From Candidatus Eiseniibacteriota bacterium (GTDB taxonomy: Bacteria; Eisenbacteria; RBG-16-71-46; JAFGJU01): a stretch of DNA of 64,000 nucleotides. Shown here piece by piece: positions 27,013 to 35,796 of this stretch. The notes below the pieces were generated by a model. That model did no database searches, was not told the DNA's origin, and was given only the letters and a program-made list of their open reading frames with translations. The stretch's first letter is position 1. Each line of letters opens with the position of its first letter. Position numbers and translations under genes: made by a program. The stretch spans positions 975,516 to 1,039,515 of the forward strand of contig CP070702.1 in assembly GCA_020349905.1 (NCBI GenBank), written 5' to 3'.

Positions 27013-27900
27013 CTATCCGAGAGCCATCCGGTGTCCGCCGTGAACGAAGAGGATATGGCCGGTTATCCAAGCAGCTTGTTCCGAAGCGAAGAACAGCACG
27101 GCGTTGGCAATATCGTTGGGACGTCCGACTCGTCGGAGAGGTATGTCCTGGACAAGAACGGCTTCCATCTCCGGGCTGATGTAGCCGGATTGCACGGGGC
27201 CCGGTGAGACAACGTTGACAGTAATCCCGTAAGGTCCAAGTTCAGCGGCGGCACTGCGGCTGTAAGATTCCAGAGCATACTTGCTGGCTCGGTAGGAGAC
27301 TTCTCTTGGGCTTCCCCACGCGCAATCCGCGCTTATGTTGATGATTCGTCCCCACTTCGTCCCTCGCTCGATAATTCGCCACGCGAACCTTGCCATGAGC
27401 AAGGCGGCAGCCCGGGAGTTCACCGCGAAATGCCGGTCGTGGCTTTCTGCGTCGAGTGTCGTTACCACCGGACCTCCGTCCCACAACGTCGCCTCTTTTC
27501 CCAGAACGGTTCCGGGTAGAAACGTATCCGCGAGGTATTCAGCGGCATTGTTGACCAGAACATCAACCGGCCCGAGCATCCTTTCTGCCTGCTCGAAGAG
27601 AAGATTCACGTTTTCTGGTTCCCGAAGGTCCGCCTCCCACGATTCCACCTCACCGCCTTCCTTCCGTATGCCGGCCACCACCTCGTCAGCGGTCTTCATC
27701 TGCTGGTCGTAGTACAGAGCCAATCCCGCTGCCCTAGGCTCTCCAGAGCGCTCCCCTAGCTGCGGCCCCCCGTGACGGAAGTAGTGAATGAAGACGCGGG
27801 CACCACACGATGACAGGGCGCGTGCAGTTGCCGCACCAATACCCAGGGGATTGTTACCTCCCGTCACAAGTGCGACCTTGTTCTTCAAACCAACATCCAT
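27013..27900 (-). CDS. SDR-family oxidoreductase.
   Basis: Rossmann motif VALVTGGNNPLGIG. The YxxxK-type catalytic region is SYRASKYALE. Confidence 0.85.
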   Translation of the reverse strand: MDVGLKNKVALVTGGNNPLGIGAATARALSSCGARVFIHYFRHGGPQLGERSGEPRAAGLALYYDQQMKTADEVVAGIRKEGGEVESWEADLREPENVNLLFEQAERMLGPVDVLVNNAAEYLADTFLPGTVLGKEATLWDGGPVVTTLDAESHDRHFAVNSRAAALLMARFAWRIIERGTKWGRIINISADCAWGSPREVSYRASKYALESYSRSAAAELGPYGITVNVVSPGPVQSGYISPEMEAVLVQDIPLRRVGRPNDIANAVLFFASEQAAWITGHILFVHGGHRMALG

Positions 27901-27959
27901 AATGGCTTCCCTTTCGACTCTGACTCAGGTGTTGCCGGACGAGCCTGGGTACCATCCTC

Positions 27960-28550
27960 CTACTGCCCACGGGCGGCTTCAAATGCGTCCCGCCAGAGCT
28001 CCATTATTCTGTGACCTCGCCACGAGCGTGTCTCTTCGGTGTGTACAAATCCCGCCTTCTCATACACGCGTACCGCGGCGGGATTCATGCCGTGCGGAGG
28101 CACGACGAGCAGCCCGCAGTCCGTGTTTCCGAACAACCACTCCACCACTCCCCTCATCCCCTCTGTTCCCATTCCCTGCCCCCAATACTCCGGCTTGAGT
28201 TTGATGTCACCAATGAGACAGACAGCTCCCTCCGGCTTCCTCCACTCATCCAGCGTGAAATCGTCCGGCACGGGTGCGAAGAAGGCCTCGCCAAGGTTCT
28301 CGCCCTTCATCAATCGCAGAATCAGCTGTGTGTAACCCCGACCCAGAGACGTGCGCCGCTGCCCATACTTACGCCACGCCTTCTCAGCGTCAGACGACTT
28401 GGACCAGCCTCTTAAACTCGGGAGCTCGTCGGCGTACTTCATCACCTCAGGCATGTGCCAGAGTTCGAAGAGGAAGGGGAGATCCCGCTCCTCCAGTTCA
28501 GAGATGGTCAATCTGCGTTCTGCCATTCTGACCTCCCGGAGCTCGCCCAT
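27960..28550 (-). CDS. GNAT family N-acetyltransferase.
   Basis: GNAT motif-A-like region WGQGMGTEGMRGVVEW. Confidence 0.8.
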   Translation of the reverse strand: MGELREVRMAERRLTISELEERDLPFLFELWHMPEVMKYADELPSLRGWSKSSDAEKAWRKYGQRRTSLGRGYTQLILRLMKGENLGEAFFAPVPDDFTLDEWRKPEGAVCLIGDIKLKPEYWGQGMGTEGMRGVVEWLFGNTDCGLLVVPPHGMNPAAVRVYEKAGFVHTEETRSWRGHRIMELWRDAFEAARGQ

Positions 28551-28576
28551 CTAGCGTCGCCACAATTGTCAGGCCG

Positions 28577-28867
28577 TTAATCACGCCCCGAAATCACCGC
28601 GACCCTGCAAACAGACGCCTCCTTACGATGTCTGGCCAGCGCCTGGTATTCAGGCGATTCGTACCAGCGCAGGAGCTTTTCATCGTTGGGGAACCGAATC
28701 AGAACCGTACGTCCGGCCGGCCAATCGCCCTCCAGCACTCGCGGATTCTCTTCCACGCAGACGACCTGGCCCTTGTACTTCTTAAACACTTCGTCAAAAC
28801 CGGCAAGGTAATCCTTGTACTGCTCTGGATTGTGGATGTCTATCAGTGCAATGAAGTAACTGCTCAT
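28577..28867 (-). CDS. DUF1330 domain protein.
   Basis: Internal Met (MSSYFIALIDIHNPEQYKDYLAGF...). It is a small alpha/beta protein typical of DUF1330. Confidence 0.6.
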   Translation of the reverse strand: MSSYFIALIDIHNPEQYKDYLAGFDEVFKKYKGQVVCVEENPRVLEGDWPAGRTVLIRFPNDEKLLRWYESPEYQALARHRKEASVCRVAVISGRD

Positions 28868-28953
28868 CGATCTGGTTCTCCGTCTCCTGCCGAAGGCCGT
28901 GCGGAGGTCCATAATCTGCCTAAGACCGGACGCTTTCCTGAAGGCCTTCGAAC

Positions 28954-29595
28954 CTAAAGCCCGAGCTTCTCCCCGACTATTACCACCGTTATGACGGGTT
29001 TGTACTTGTTGTTGTCGTATTGCCGCTCTATTATGACCGTCTTGTTGCAGATCCGCCAGGGAGAGTCGCAGTCGCTACACTCCCTGGTCACGCCACACGG
29101 CGGCATCGGGTCGAAACCGGGATGCCGCGACACATTCGCCGGCGCCACTTCGTTCTTTATTCTCTCGAGCGCCGCGTCCAAGTCCGGCACAATCTTGTTT
29201 ACACCTACCACGAGAATGACCTTTGCCGGACCGAAGAGCATCGCTGCCACACGGTTTCCGTGTCCGTCAACGTTCACGATTTTGCCGTCCAGCGTAAGAG
29301 CGTTCGTGCCCGTTACAAACACGTCTGAGGTAAGCGCTCGTCTCTTGAGTTGCACATTCTCATCCACACTCACGCCCGAAGCCCAGGGGTTCAGGAACGT
29401 ATAATTGCCATCGCTCAGTGCATCTACTACACCGATTTCTCGTAGGGTGAGCGAGTCCCCATATCCAACCACACTGCCCTCGGGTATCATAGACATGACC
29501 CTCTCGAAGGCCTCTCTCCTGGTGGAGACGTACATGGCAGGTATGTTGTTGTCACTCAATCTCTTAATTAACGCATCGATTTCCGGCTTAGTCAC
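28954..29595 (-). CDS. LUD-domain (lactate-utilisation LutC/YkgG-like) protein.
   Basis: 213-aa ORF with a C-terminal CxxC pair (CGVTRECSDCDSPWRIC); assigned to the LUD/LutC family by overall similarity, no specific signature cited. Confidence 0.7.
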   Translation of the reverse strand: MTKPEIDALIKRLSDNNIPAMYVSTRREAFERVMSMIPEGSVVGYGDSLTLREIGVVDALSDGNYTFLNPWASGVSVDENVQLKRRALTSDVFVTGTNALTLDGKIVNVDGHGNRVAAMLFGPAKVILVVGVNKIVPDLDAALERIKNEVAPANVSRHPGFDPMPPCGVTRECSDCDSPWRICNKTVIIERQYDNNKYKPVITVVIVGEKLGL

Positions 29596-29754
29596 TTGAG
29601 ATACTCCTTTTGAGCCAGAATATGGCAGCTGCGCCAGGAGCTTATTGGCTCCCGTAGTCTATCCCTTCAACGTGTCGAGTGGGAATTCCGGTCCGATACT
29701 CCTCAAGGAGCAACGCAACATCCAACACGCCAGCGAACGCTCCGCCTAGTGACG

Positions 29755-30219
29755 TCACGCGTTCAAACGCCAGAGCTGCAAATTGAGCGCAGTCGCGAAG
29801 CCCACCCAGCAGAGATATGGCAGCATAAGCGCGCCGGCCACAGGATGAACGCGCCAGAAGGCAATCAGCGTGGCCAGTATGACCAGCCAGAGCACAACGA
29901 TATCGATGAAGGCTAGACCCGGCTGGTGAAGACCGAAGAAGAGGTATGACCAGAGCGCGTTCAGGACGAGCTGCACGATGAAAAGCCCGAGCGCCACTGC
30001 CGCACCGGCGAATCCAGCGCGCCGCCAGACAAGCCAGGCAGCAATGCCCATTAAGGCGTACAGTGTCGTCCACACTGGCGCGAATACGGAATTAGGAGGA
30101 GTCCACGCCGGCTTTGCCAGGGCAGCGTACCACTCCCCCGGCATAAATCTCGAGCCAACCCAACCAGCGGCCATAGCTGCCATGAGCCACAGGATTAGAC
30201 CAATCGCAGAGTTCTTCAT
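29755..30219 (-). CDS. tspO: TspO/MBR family tryptophan-rich sensory protein.
   Basis: Internal Met (MKNSAIGLILWLMAAMAAGWVGS...). Five TM segments. The region is Trp-rich (PAWTPPNSVFAPVWTTLYALMGIAAW). Confidence 0.8.
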   Translation of the reverse strand: MKNSAIGLILWLMAAMAAGWVGSRFMPGEWYAALAKPAWTPPNSVFAPVWTTLYALMGIAAWLVWRRAGFAGAAVALGLFIVQLVLNALWSYLFFGLHQPGLAFIDIVVLWLVILATLIAFWRVHPVAGALMLPYLCWVGFATALNLQLWRLNA

Positions 30220-30279
30220 GTCTGAACACACCTCCTGGTTGACCTGCACAGTCTGGAACGGGGTCACTGCGCGTTGCGC

Positions 30280-31053
30280 TTACCCACCGACAGGCTTCTG
30301 AGCGTACCACGTTCTGCCGTTAAACAGGAAGGGCTTCTCTGGGCTTCCCTCGAAGAACGGCCTGAGTGAGTCGCGGAGCCATCGCTCAGCATTGTCAAAC
30401 GATTCCGTGCCTTCTCTCACCGCTGCGATGATGTTTGTGGTGGACAGCTGATAGTCAGTGAAGTGTTCCAGCGTCATGCCCAGCTCGTTAAGAAACTCTT
30501 CCTGTCCCCGAAGCTCGAACCCGTGTTTACGGGCCAGCTCTTCTGAGAGTGGGGTCCGGTCCCGCGGAGGGGTCGGGTAGCGCCCCAGGTGCTCCTTCTC
30601 AAACCAATCGCGAAAAGCCGGCTCTTCCCTTATCTCTCCGGTGAACCAGCTCGTGTAGACCAGGAGCCAGCCTACCTCTCGAAGTAGCCGATGTGATTCG
30701 GCAAGGAACGCGCCGTGCTCGAACCAGTGATACGCTTGCCCTGCCGCCACAAGGTTGAATTCGCCATCACGGAACGGAGTCGCCTCTGCTCTGGTCTCTC
30801 GATACTCCACGTTTGGCCATGGTGTGGCGTGCTTCAACATGTCTGCGGATGAGTCGATGCCAATGACTCGTTCGGCAACCTCGGCGAGCGCAACCGTAGA
30901 CTGCCCTGTTCCGCAACCCACATCGAGCGCCAGACAAAAACGCAGGTCAGACCCCACGAACGACCTGAACAGCCTTACGGCTGTCGGATGTATGTTGGGA
31001 CGCGACCTGGCGTAGCGGGCCCAGTCCATTCCGTCTGTGAAGTAGTTCACCAT
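30280..31053 (-). CDS. Class I SAM-dependent methyltransferase.
   Basis: SAM motif I reads LDVGCGTGQST. Confidence 0.8.
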   Translation of the reverse strand: MVNYFTDGMDWARYARSRPNIHPTAVRLFRSFVGSDLRFCLALDVGCGTGQSTVALAEVAERVIGIDSSADMLKHATPWPNVEYRETRAEATPFRDGEFNLVAAGQAYHWFEHGAFLAESHRLLREVGWLLVYTSWFTGEIREEPAFRDWFEKEHLGRYPTPPRDRTPLSEELARKHGFELRGQEEFLNELGMTLEHFTDYQLSTTNIIAAVREGTESFDNAERWLRDSLRPFFEGSPEKPFLFNGRTWYAQKPVGG

Positions 31054-31137
31054 TTCATTCTCGAGCGAGCCGCCGAGCGCCTTGGCATCGGCGGCCGTTG
31101 CCCCAGGAATGCGTCGGGCTTGAGGGAGATCTCTGTA

Positions 31138-31287
31138 TCACCCTTGCAGTTTCCGCAGCACTTCTTGTAGAGCGGCTATTCTCTCCGCGCGGTCTTTGAG
31201 GTCTCTCGCTACAATGACGAGAGAAGCAGTGCTTGCGTCTTCCACGACGAGCAGCTTCCCCTTTCTGAGCTTCCATCTACGCAACAT
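31138..31287 (-). CDS. Small protein (49 aa) of unknown function.
   Basis: GGAGGG lies 7 nt upstream of ATG 31287. The translation is MLRRWKLRKGKLLVVEDASTASLVIVARDLKDRAERIAALQEVLRKLQG. Confidence 0.3.
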   Translation of the reverse strand: MLRRWKLRKGKLLVVEDASTASLVIVARDLKDRAERIAALQEVLRKLQG

Positions 31288-31322
31288 GACTTTGCCCTCC
31301 TCTCTGCACTTGCGTCCTCCGG

Positions 31323-31877
31323 CTAGTGATCCGGCGTCCTTCCGTTGACTATACCCGCAGCCAGTCCTCTCCACAAAGCCCGACATCTTCCCTCTTTGGG
31401 CATCCACATGTGCTGGGGAGGTATGTCCGTCTCGAACACGGTAAGCTCTGCGATGAGCTGAAGACTTCCTTGTGACTCTGCGATCTTCTCGAGCCCCTGA
31501 ACAACGTGGCGTCCACTGCCCAAAAGAGTCTCGAGGCTGCCTCCCATATTGCGCCTGAGCTCAACCCGTTCCGTCCCGTCGAAGTAGTACAATACCCACT
31601 CGCATCCGAGGGCCATCTTGTGCCCGACACTGACCTTGACCGTGTACACTGATGACGGATCGAATCCGATGTGCGTACCGTTGTCCTTCGACTCGATATT
31701 GAGCTCCGAGGGCACGGTCAGGATTTCCCAATGCCTCCGCTCCAGGTACGCGTCCTTGATTGGATCTAGCGGTTCTAACACTTGGACTTGTTCCGCTGTC
31801 TGCTTCGAGAGGACGATGTTCGGACAGACGAGGAGCGCCAGGGTTACTACCGCATAGACAGTTGTTCTTGGCCTCAT
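31323..31877 (-). CDS. Secreted hypothetical protein.
   Basis: N-terminal signal peptide MRPRTTVYAVVTLALLVCPNIVLS. Confidence 0.55.
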   Translation of the reverse strand: MRPRTTVYAVVTLALLVCPNIVLSKQTAEQVQVLEPLDPIKDAYLERRHWEILTVPSELNIESKDNGTHIGFDPSSVYTVKVSVGHKMALGCEWVLYYFDGTERVELRRNMGGSLETLLGSGRHVVQGLEKIAESQGSLQLIAELTVFETDIPPQHMWMPKEGRCRALWRGLAAGIVNGRTPDH

Positions 31878-32030
31878 GTGTATCCTCCTGATGGAATGCT
31901 CCGGCTAGGCTGCAGCTGCGCACTGGATACCAGCTCAAGTCCGCCGTTAGGCGAACATGTTGCATGTCTTGTGAGAATAGAAAGGTGAAGGAGTCAAGTA
32001 TCTGAGACAGACAGAGTTATATCTCCCCAT

Positions 32031-34232
32031 CTACCTCTTTATTACCAACGCATCCGCGACGCTGGCGCCTTGGCCTTCGGGGAGGACGATGAGGGGGTTG
32101 ATGTCTAGCTCGGCGATGGAGTCTTCCAGCTCGAGGGCCAGGCGGCTCACCTTGATAAGAACGTCTGCGATAGCGTCGATGTCTGCCTTCGGCCGGCCTC
32201 GCGCGCCTGCCAGGACGCTGAAACCTTTGATGTCCTTAATCATGTCGAGGGCGGCTTGTCTGGTTATGGGGGCGACGCGGAGTGAGACGTCTTTGAGGAT
32301 CTCGACGAATATCCCGCCGAGGCCGAAGAGAATCATGGGGCCGAACTGCGGGTCGTTCTTAACCCCCACGATAACCTCGGTTCCATCTCTGACCATCTCT
32401 TGGACGAGGACGCCGTTCACCTTTGCGTCGGATTTGTACTTGCGGGCGTTCTGCATTATCTCGCCGAAGACCGCGGGGACTTCTTCTGCACTGGAAATGC
32501 CGAGTTTGAGCCCGCCTGCCTCCGTCTTGTGCAGGATGTCGGGTGAGTCTATCTTCATGGCCACGGGATATCCGATGCCGTCCGCAATCCGGACCGCATC
32601 CTTCTCAGAAGCGGCCACCTCTTCTTGCGTGACCGGAATACCATATAGAGAGAGAAGCTGCTTGCCTTGGTGCTCGGTCAGGGAGGCGCCGGTGCTAGAA
32701 AGCAAAGCGCGGGCCTTGTCCTGGGCTGCCTTCCGCTCCCGCATCAGCTTCGCCTGCGGCGCCACGGCCTTCTGCGCCGCCTCCGGAACCACCTCCCTCT
32801 CCTCCCTCGCCTCCAGAACGCTCTCCAGATGCTCCTTCCTGAACGCCGCGTACTTCATGAGCGCGCCCATGGCCCGGACAGCACGCACAGGAGACTTGTA
32901 GTACTGAACCCCTCCGTCGCTCAGGGCCTTGAGTTGCCCGCCCACAAGCTGGTCTGCCGTCGTCCAGGCAACCGTGATGGGCTTCTTGATTCGCCCCGAC
33001 ATCTTTGCGATGTCCTGGGCCATCTGCATCCCCTGCTCTCCGGTTATCTGCGTCACTACGATGACGAAGGCGTGTATCTGTGGAAGCTTGGCAACTGCCT
33101 CCAGAACGTGCATGAAACCTTCGGCTTCGTTTATCACTTGCGCGGTCACGTCTATGGGATTTAAGGCCGAGCCATACTCGGGGATTACTTTCTTGACCGC
33201 CTCTTTGGTAGCGGGATCGAGTTCCGGGATATCCAGCCCCAGGTCCACGGCCTCGTCGGCCACCAGAATCCCACCGCCACCGGAGGTGGTGATTATTCCG
33301 AGACCCGTCCCTTCAGGAAGGGCCGGAATGTGCTGCATGAGAGCGGCCACGTCGATCATGGCCTCTATGTCGGGCACGCGGATTATTCCCTTCTGCCTGA
33401 AGAATGCGTCGCAGACCGCGTCTGAGCCCGTGAGTGAGGCCGTGTGAGAGGAAGCGGCCTTCTGACCTACTTCGGAGCGGCCTACTTTGAGCGTGACGAT
33501 GGGTTTCCCCAACTCCAGCGCCCTGTCAGCGATGCGCGCAAACTGTCTCCCGTCCTTTATGCCTTCCAGGTAGCTGATTATCATCCTGGTGTCAGGGTCT
33601 TCCAGTATGTGCTCCATGAAGTCCAGCGTGTGGAGGTCCACCTCGTTCCCAGTGCTGGCCACGTGCGTGAAACCCACGCCAGCCTCCAGCGCCAGACTGA
33701 AAAGTGAATAACCCAGCGCCCCGCTCTGCGTGACGTAGCCGATGGGGCCTATTCTAAACGGCCTCATCCCGAGACTTGCACTGAATCCTCCGATGGCGCT
33801 CTCTTTGAGATTCACCGATCCCTGACAGTTGGGACCGCACACGCCCATCCCTGACTCGCGCGCCAGCTTCGCCATCTCTTCCTGGAGCGCCTTCCCCTCC
33901 TCTCCGGCCTCGGCAAAGCCGGAGCTAAAGACCGTCGCGAATTTCACACCTTTCTTGACACAATCTCTCAGGGCAGGAAGGACCAGTTTGTAGTTAACGG
34001 CTATGAGCGCCAGGTCGACGGGCCCCGGCACGTCCAGGATGCTCTTGAAGCACTTGTAGCCGCCCAACTCGTCGTACTTTGGGTTTATGGGAAAGACCTT
34101 CCCCTTGTAGCCGTGCTCCTTGAGGAAACGAAGGGGCTTCCCGCTTATGCTATCGAAGTTTCCCGATGCGCCAATGATGGCGATGGAGCGCGGGCTGAAG
34201 AAGTATTTGAGGTCTCTTGGTGCGCTTACGAT
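32031..34232 (-). CDS. acd: ADP-forming acetyl-CoA synthetase / NDP-forming acyl-CoA synthetase (alpha and beta domains fused). The start is non-canonical or N-terminally damaged.
   Basis: ORF 32031..34067 is extended in frame to ...IVSAPRDLKYFFSPRSIAIIGASGNFDSISGKPLRFLKEHGYKGKVFPINPKYDELGGYKCF... The CoA-binding, ligase-CoA and C-terminal ATP-grasp regions are all present. The only candidate start before the conserved N-terminus is ATC at 34230-34232, preceded by GGGAGG and a 5-nt spacer. Confidence 0.8.
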   Translation of the reverse strand: MVSAPRDLKYFFSPRSIAIIGASGNFDSISGKPLRFLKEHGYKGKVFPINPKYDELGGYKCFKSILDVPGPVDLALIAVNYKLVLPALRDCVKKGVKFATVFSSGFAEAGEEGKALQEEMAKLARESGMGVCGPNCQGSVNLKESAIGGFSASLGMRPFRIGPIGYVTQSGALGYSLFSLALEAGVGFTHVASTGNEVDLHTLDFMEHILEDPDTRMIISYLEGIKDGRQFARIADRALELGKPIVTLKVGRSEVGQKAASSHTASLTGSDAVCDAFFRQKGIIRVPDIEAMIDVAALMQHIPALPEGTGLGIITTSGGGGILVADEAVDLGLDIPELDPATKEAVKKVIPEYGSALNPIDVTAQVINEAEGFMHVLEAVAKLPQIHAFVIVVTQITGEQGMQMAQDIAKMSGRIKKPITVAWTTADQLVGGQLKALSDGGVQYYKSPVRAVRAMGALMKYAAFRKEHLESVLEAREEREVVPEAAQKAVAPQAKLMRERKAAQDKARALLSSTGASLTEHQGKQLLSLYGIPVTQEEVAASEKDAVRIADGIGYPVAMKIDSPDILHKTEAGGLKLGISSAEEVPAVFGEIMQNARKYKSDAKVNGVLVQEMVRDGTEVIVGVKNDPQFGPMILFGLGGIFVEILKDVSLRVAPITRQAALDMIKDIKGFSVLAGARGRPKADIDAIADVLIKVSRLALELEDSIAELDINPLIVLPEGQGASVADALVIKR

Positions 34233-34251
34233 GGCCGCCTCCCAACACGCT

Positions 34252-35163
34252 CTACGTATTGGCCAGGGCGTACTCGAAGCGACCTGCCTTGAGCGGAGCG
34301 TGTATGCCGCCTGCCAGGACTACCTGTCTTAAGAAAAGACCGCCGATGATTCCCGAGATTGAGGCCACGATGGCTGCTACCTCAGGCCCGGTGCCCTCGA
34401 GCGCAAAGGCCCCGGCCAGCTCCAAGGCCAGAGGAAGAACGAGCCCGAGGCCCGCAACGCCTATCCAGAAGAGAGGTGCAACCGATTCAACGAGCACGAG
34501 TTTCGCCGAGGCCCTGGATTCGGGGACGCGGTGCGTGCCCTGAAGATAGAAAATGACGACGAAGATTTCGGCGATGATGAGCAAGATGTCTACCTTCCCC
34601 AGCTTCACGATGGCGGCCTCTGCACCTCCGGCAAACGACGCGCCCACTATGACGGCCATCACTCCGGTCGAGAGGGCGGAGACTAAGAACAGCAAAGGAA
34701 GCATGGCCGTGCTCCAGAAAGCGATGGGCCGCGAAGCTCCCAGAAGGATGCCCGTGTAGATGGCTGTGCCGAGGGCAAAGATTGCGCCAAGAAGCCCGAT
34801 GGCCTGCCGTGCCCCGTCTGCATCCACCAGAGAGTCGAACGGCCATATCCAGAAGCCGAAGTGAATAGCACCCAGAATCATGAAAACTGTAATCACGATG
34901 GTCCCGCGGGCTATCCACGAGGTGTTGGGCCTCATCCACGCGCGCCAGAAGTTCTCGGGCTTACCCAGGTCAGCAACCAGAAACGCGCAGCCCACCAGAA
35001 CGCACGGGAAACCTAAGACCACGCCTATCCTCGCGATACCTGCCCACTCCCCACCCAGCCAATCCGCCACCACGCCAGTTATGTAGGCACCTGCCCCGAC
35101 TCCGGCCAGGAAGAGATAGGCCGCGACCAACCACGTCCATTTGCTTTGCGGCTTGAGCAACAT
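34252..35163 (-). CDS. NrfD/PsrC-family polytopic membrane anchor of a molybdopterin oxidoreductase.
   Basis: Eight to nine TM helices. NrfD-like N-terminus: WTWLVAAYLFLAGVGAGAY... Confidence 0.8.
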   Translation of the reverse strand: MLLKPQSKWTWLVAAYLFLAGVGAGAYITGVVADWLGGEWAGIARIGVVLGFPCVLVGCAFLVADLGKPENFWRAWMRPNTSWIARGTIVITVFMILGAIHFGFWIWPFDSLVDADGARQAIGLLGAIFALGTAIYTGILLGASRPIAFWSTAMLPLLFLVSALSTGVMAVIVGASFAGGAEAAIVKLGKVDILLIIAEIFVVIFYLQGTHRVPESRASAKLVLVESVAPLFWIGVAGLGLVLPLALELAGAFALEGTGPEVAAIVASISGIIGGLFLRQVVLAGGIHAPLKAGRFEYALANT

Positions 35164-35169
35164 TTTTCG

Positions 35170-35796
35170 TTACCTCGCAGGCAAGTAGTAGACAGACGGC
35201 TCGGTTCCGAACTCCGGGTTGAGCTGGAAACCTCGTTCCCGCTTTATCAGGATGGACACCTCGCTCTCCGGGTCGTCCAAGTCTCCAAAGTAGCGCGCCT
35301 TGGCAGGACATGCCTCCGCGCAGGCAGGCTTCTTTCCTTCCTTCACCCTGTCCTTACAGAAATCGCACTTGGTGGCGATTCCGTAACCGTTCCTCTCTTC
35401 CCACCTGCCCTTCGCGTACGTCTGGTAAAAGTCCAGCTCTCCTTCGGCATCCGGGAAATAAGTGCTCCAGCCCGGCACCGAGTGACGCTGGCCGTAAGGA
35501 CAGGCCATCATGCAGTACTTGCATCCCATGCAGAGCTTCTTGTCGACCGTGACGATGCCGGCTTCGTCCTGCTTGGTGGCCCCGGTAGGGCAGACCTTCA
35601 AGCATTCCGGCTCAGCACACTGCATGCACAGCGTGGGCAACATCTGTCTCAGCGCGTTCGGGTACGTGCCGGTCTCTCCCTGCAGGCATCGGGCGAAGTC
35701 TACGCCGCGTGGAGTGTTGTTGGCGGCCTTACAGGCCACCTGGCACGAATAGCACCCGTAGCATCTCTTTAGATCGATGACGAATCCGTACCGCAT
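35170..35796 (-). CDS. Four-cluster [4Fe-4S] ferredoxin-type electron-transfer subunit (PsrB/NrfC/DmsB-like).
   Basis: The internal ATG 35796 (MRYGFVIDLKRCYGCYSC...) overlaps the upstream stop (TAATG). Four Cys clusters are present (CYGCYSCQVAC, CMQCAEPEC, CMGCKYCMMAC, CDFC...C). Confidence 0.85.
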   Translation of the reverse strand: MRYGFVIDLKRCYGCYSCQVACKAANNTPRGVDFARCLQGETGTYPNALRQMLPTLCMQCAEPECLKVCPTGATKQDEAGIVTVDKKLCMGCKYCMMACPYGQRHSVPGWSTYFPDAEGELDFYQTYAKGRWEERNGYGIATKCDFCKDRVKEGKKPACAEACPAKARYFGDLDDPESEVSILIKRERGFQLNPEFGTEPSVYYLPAR

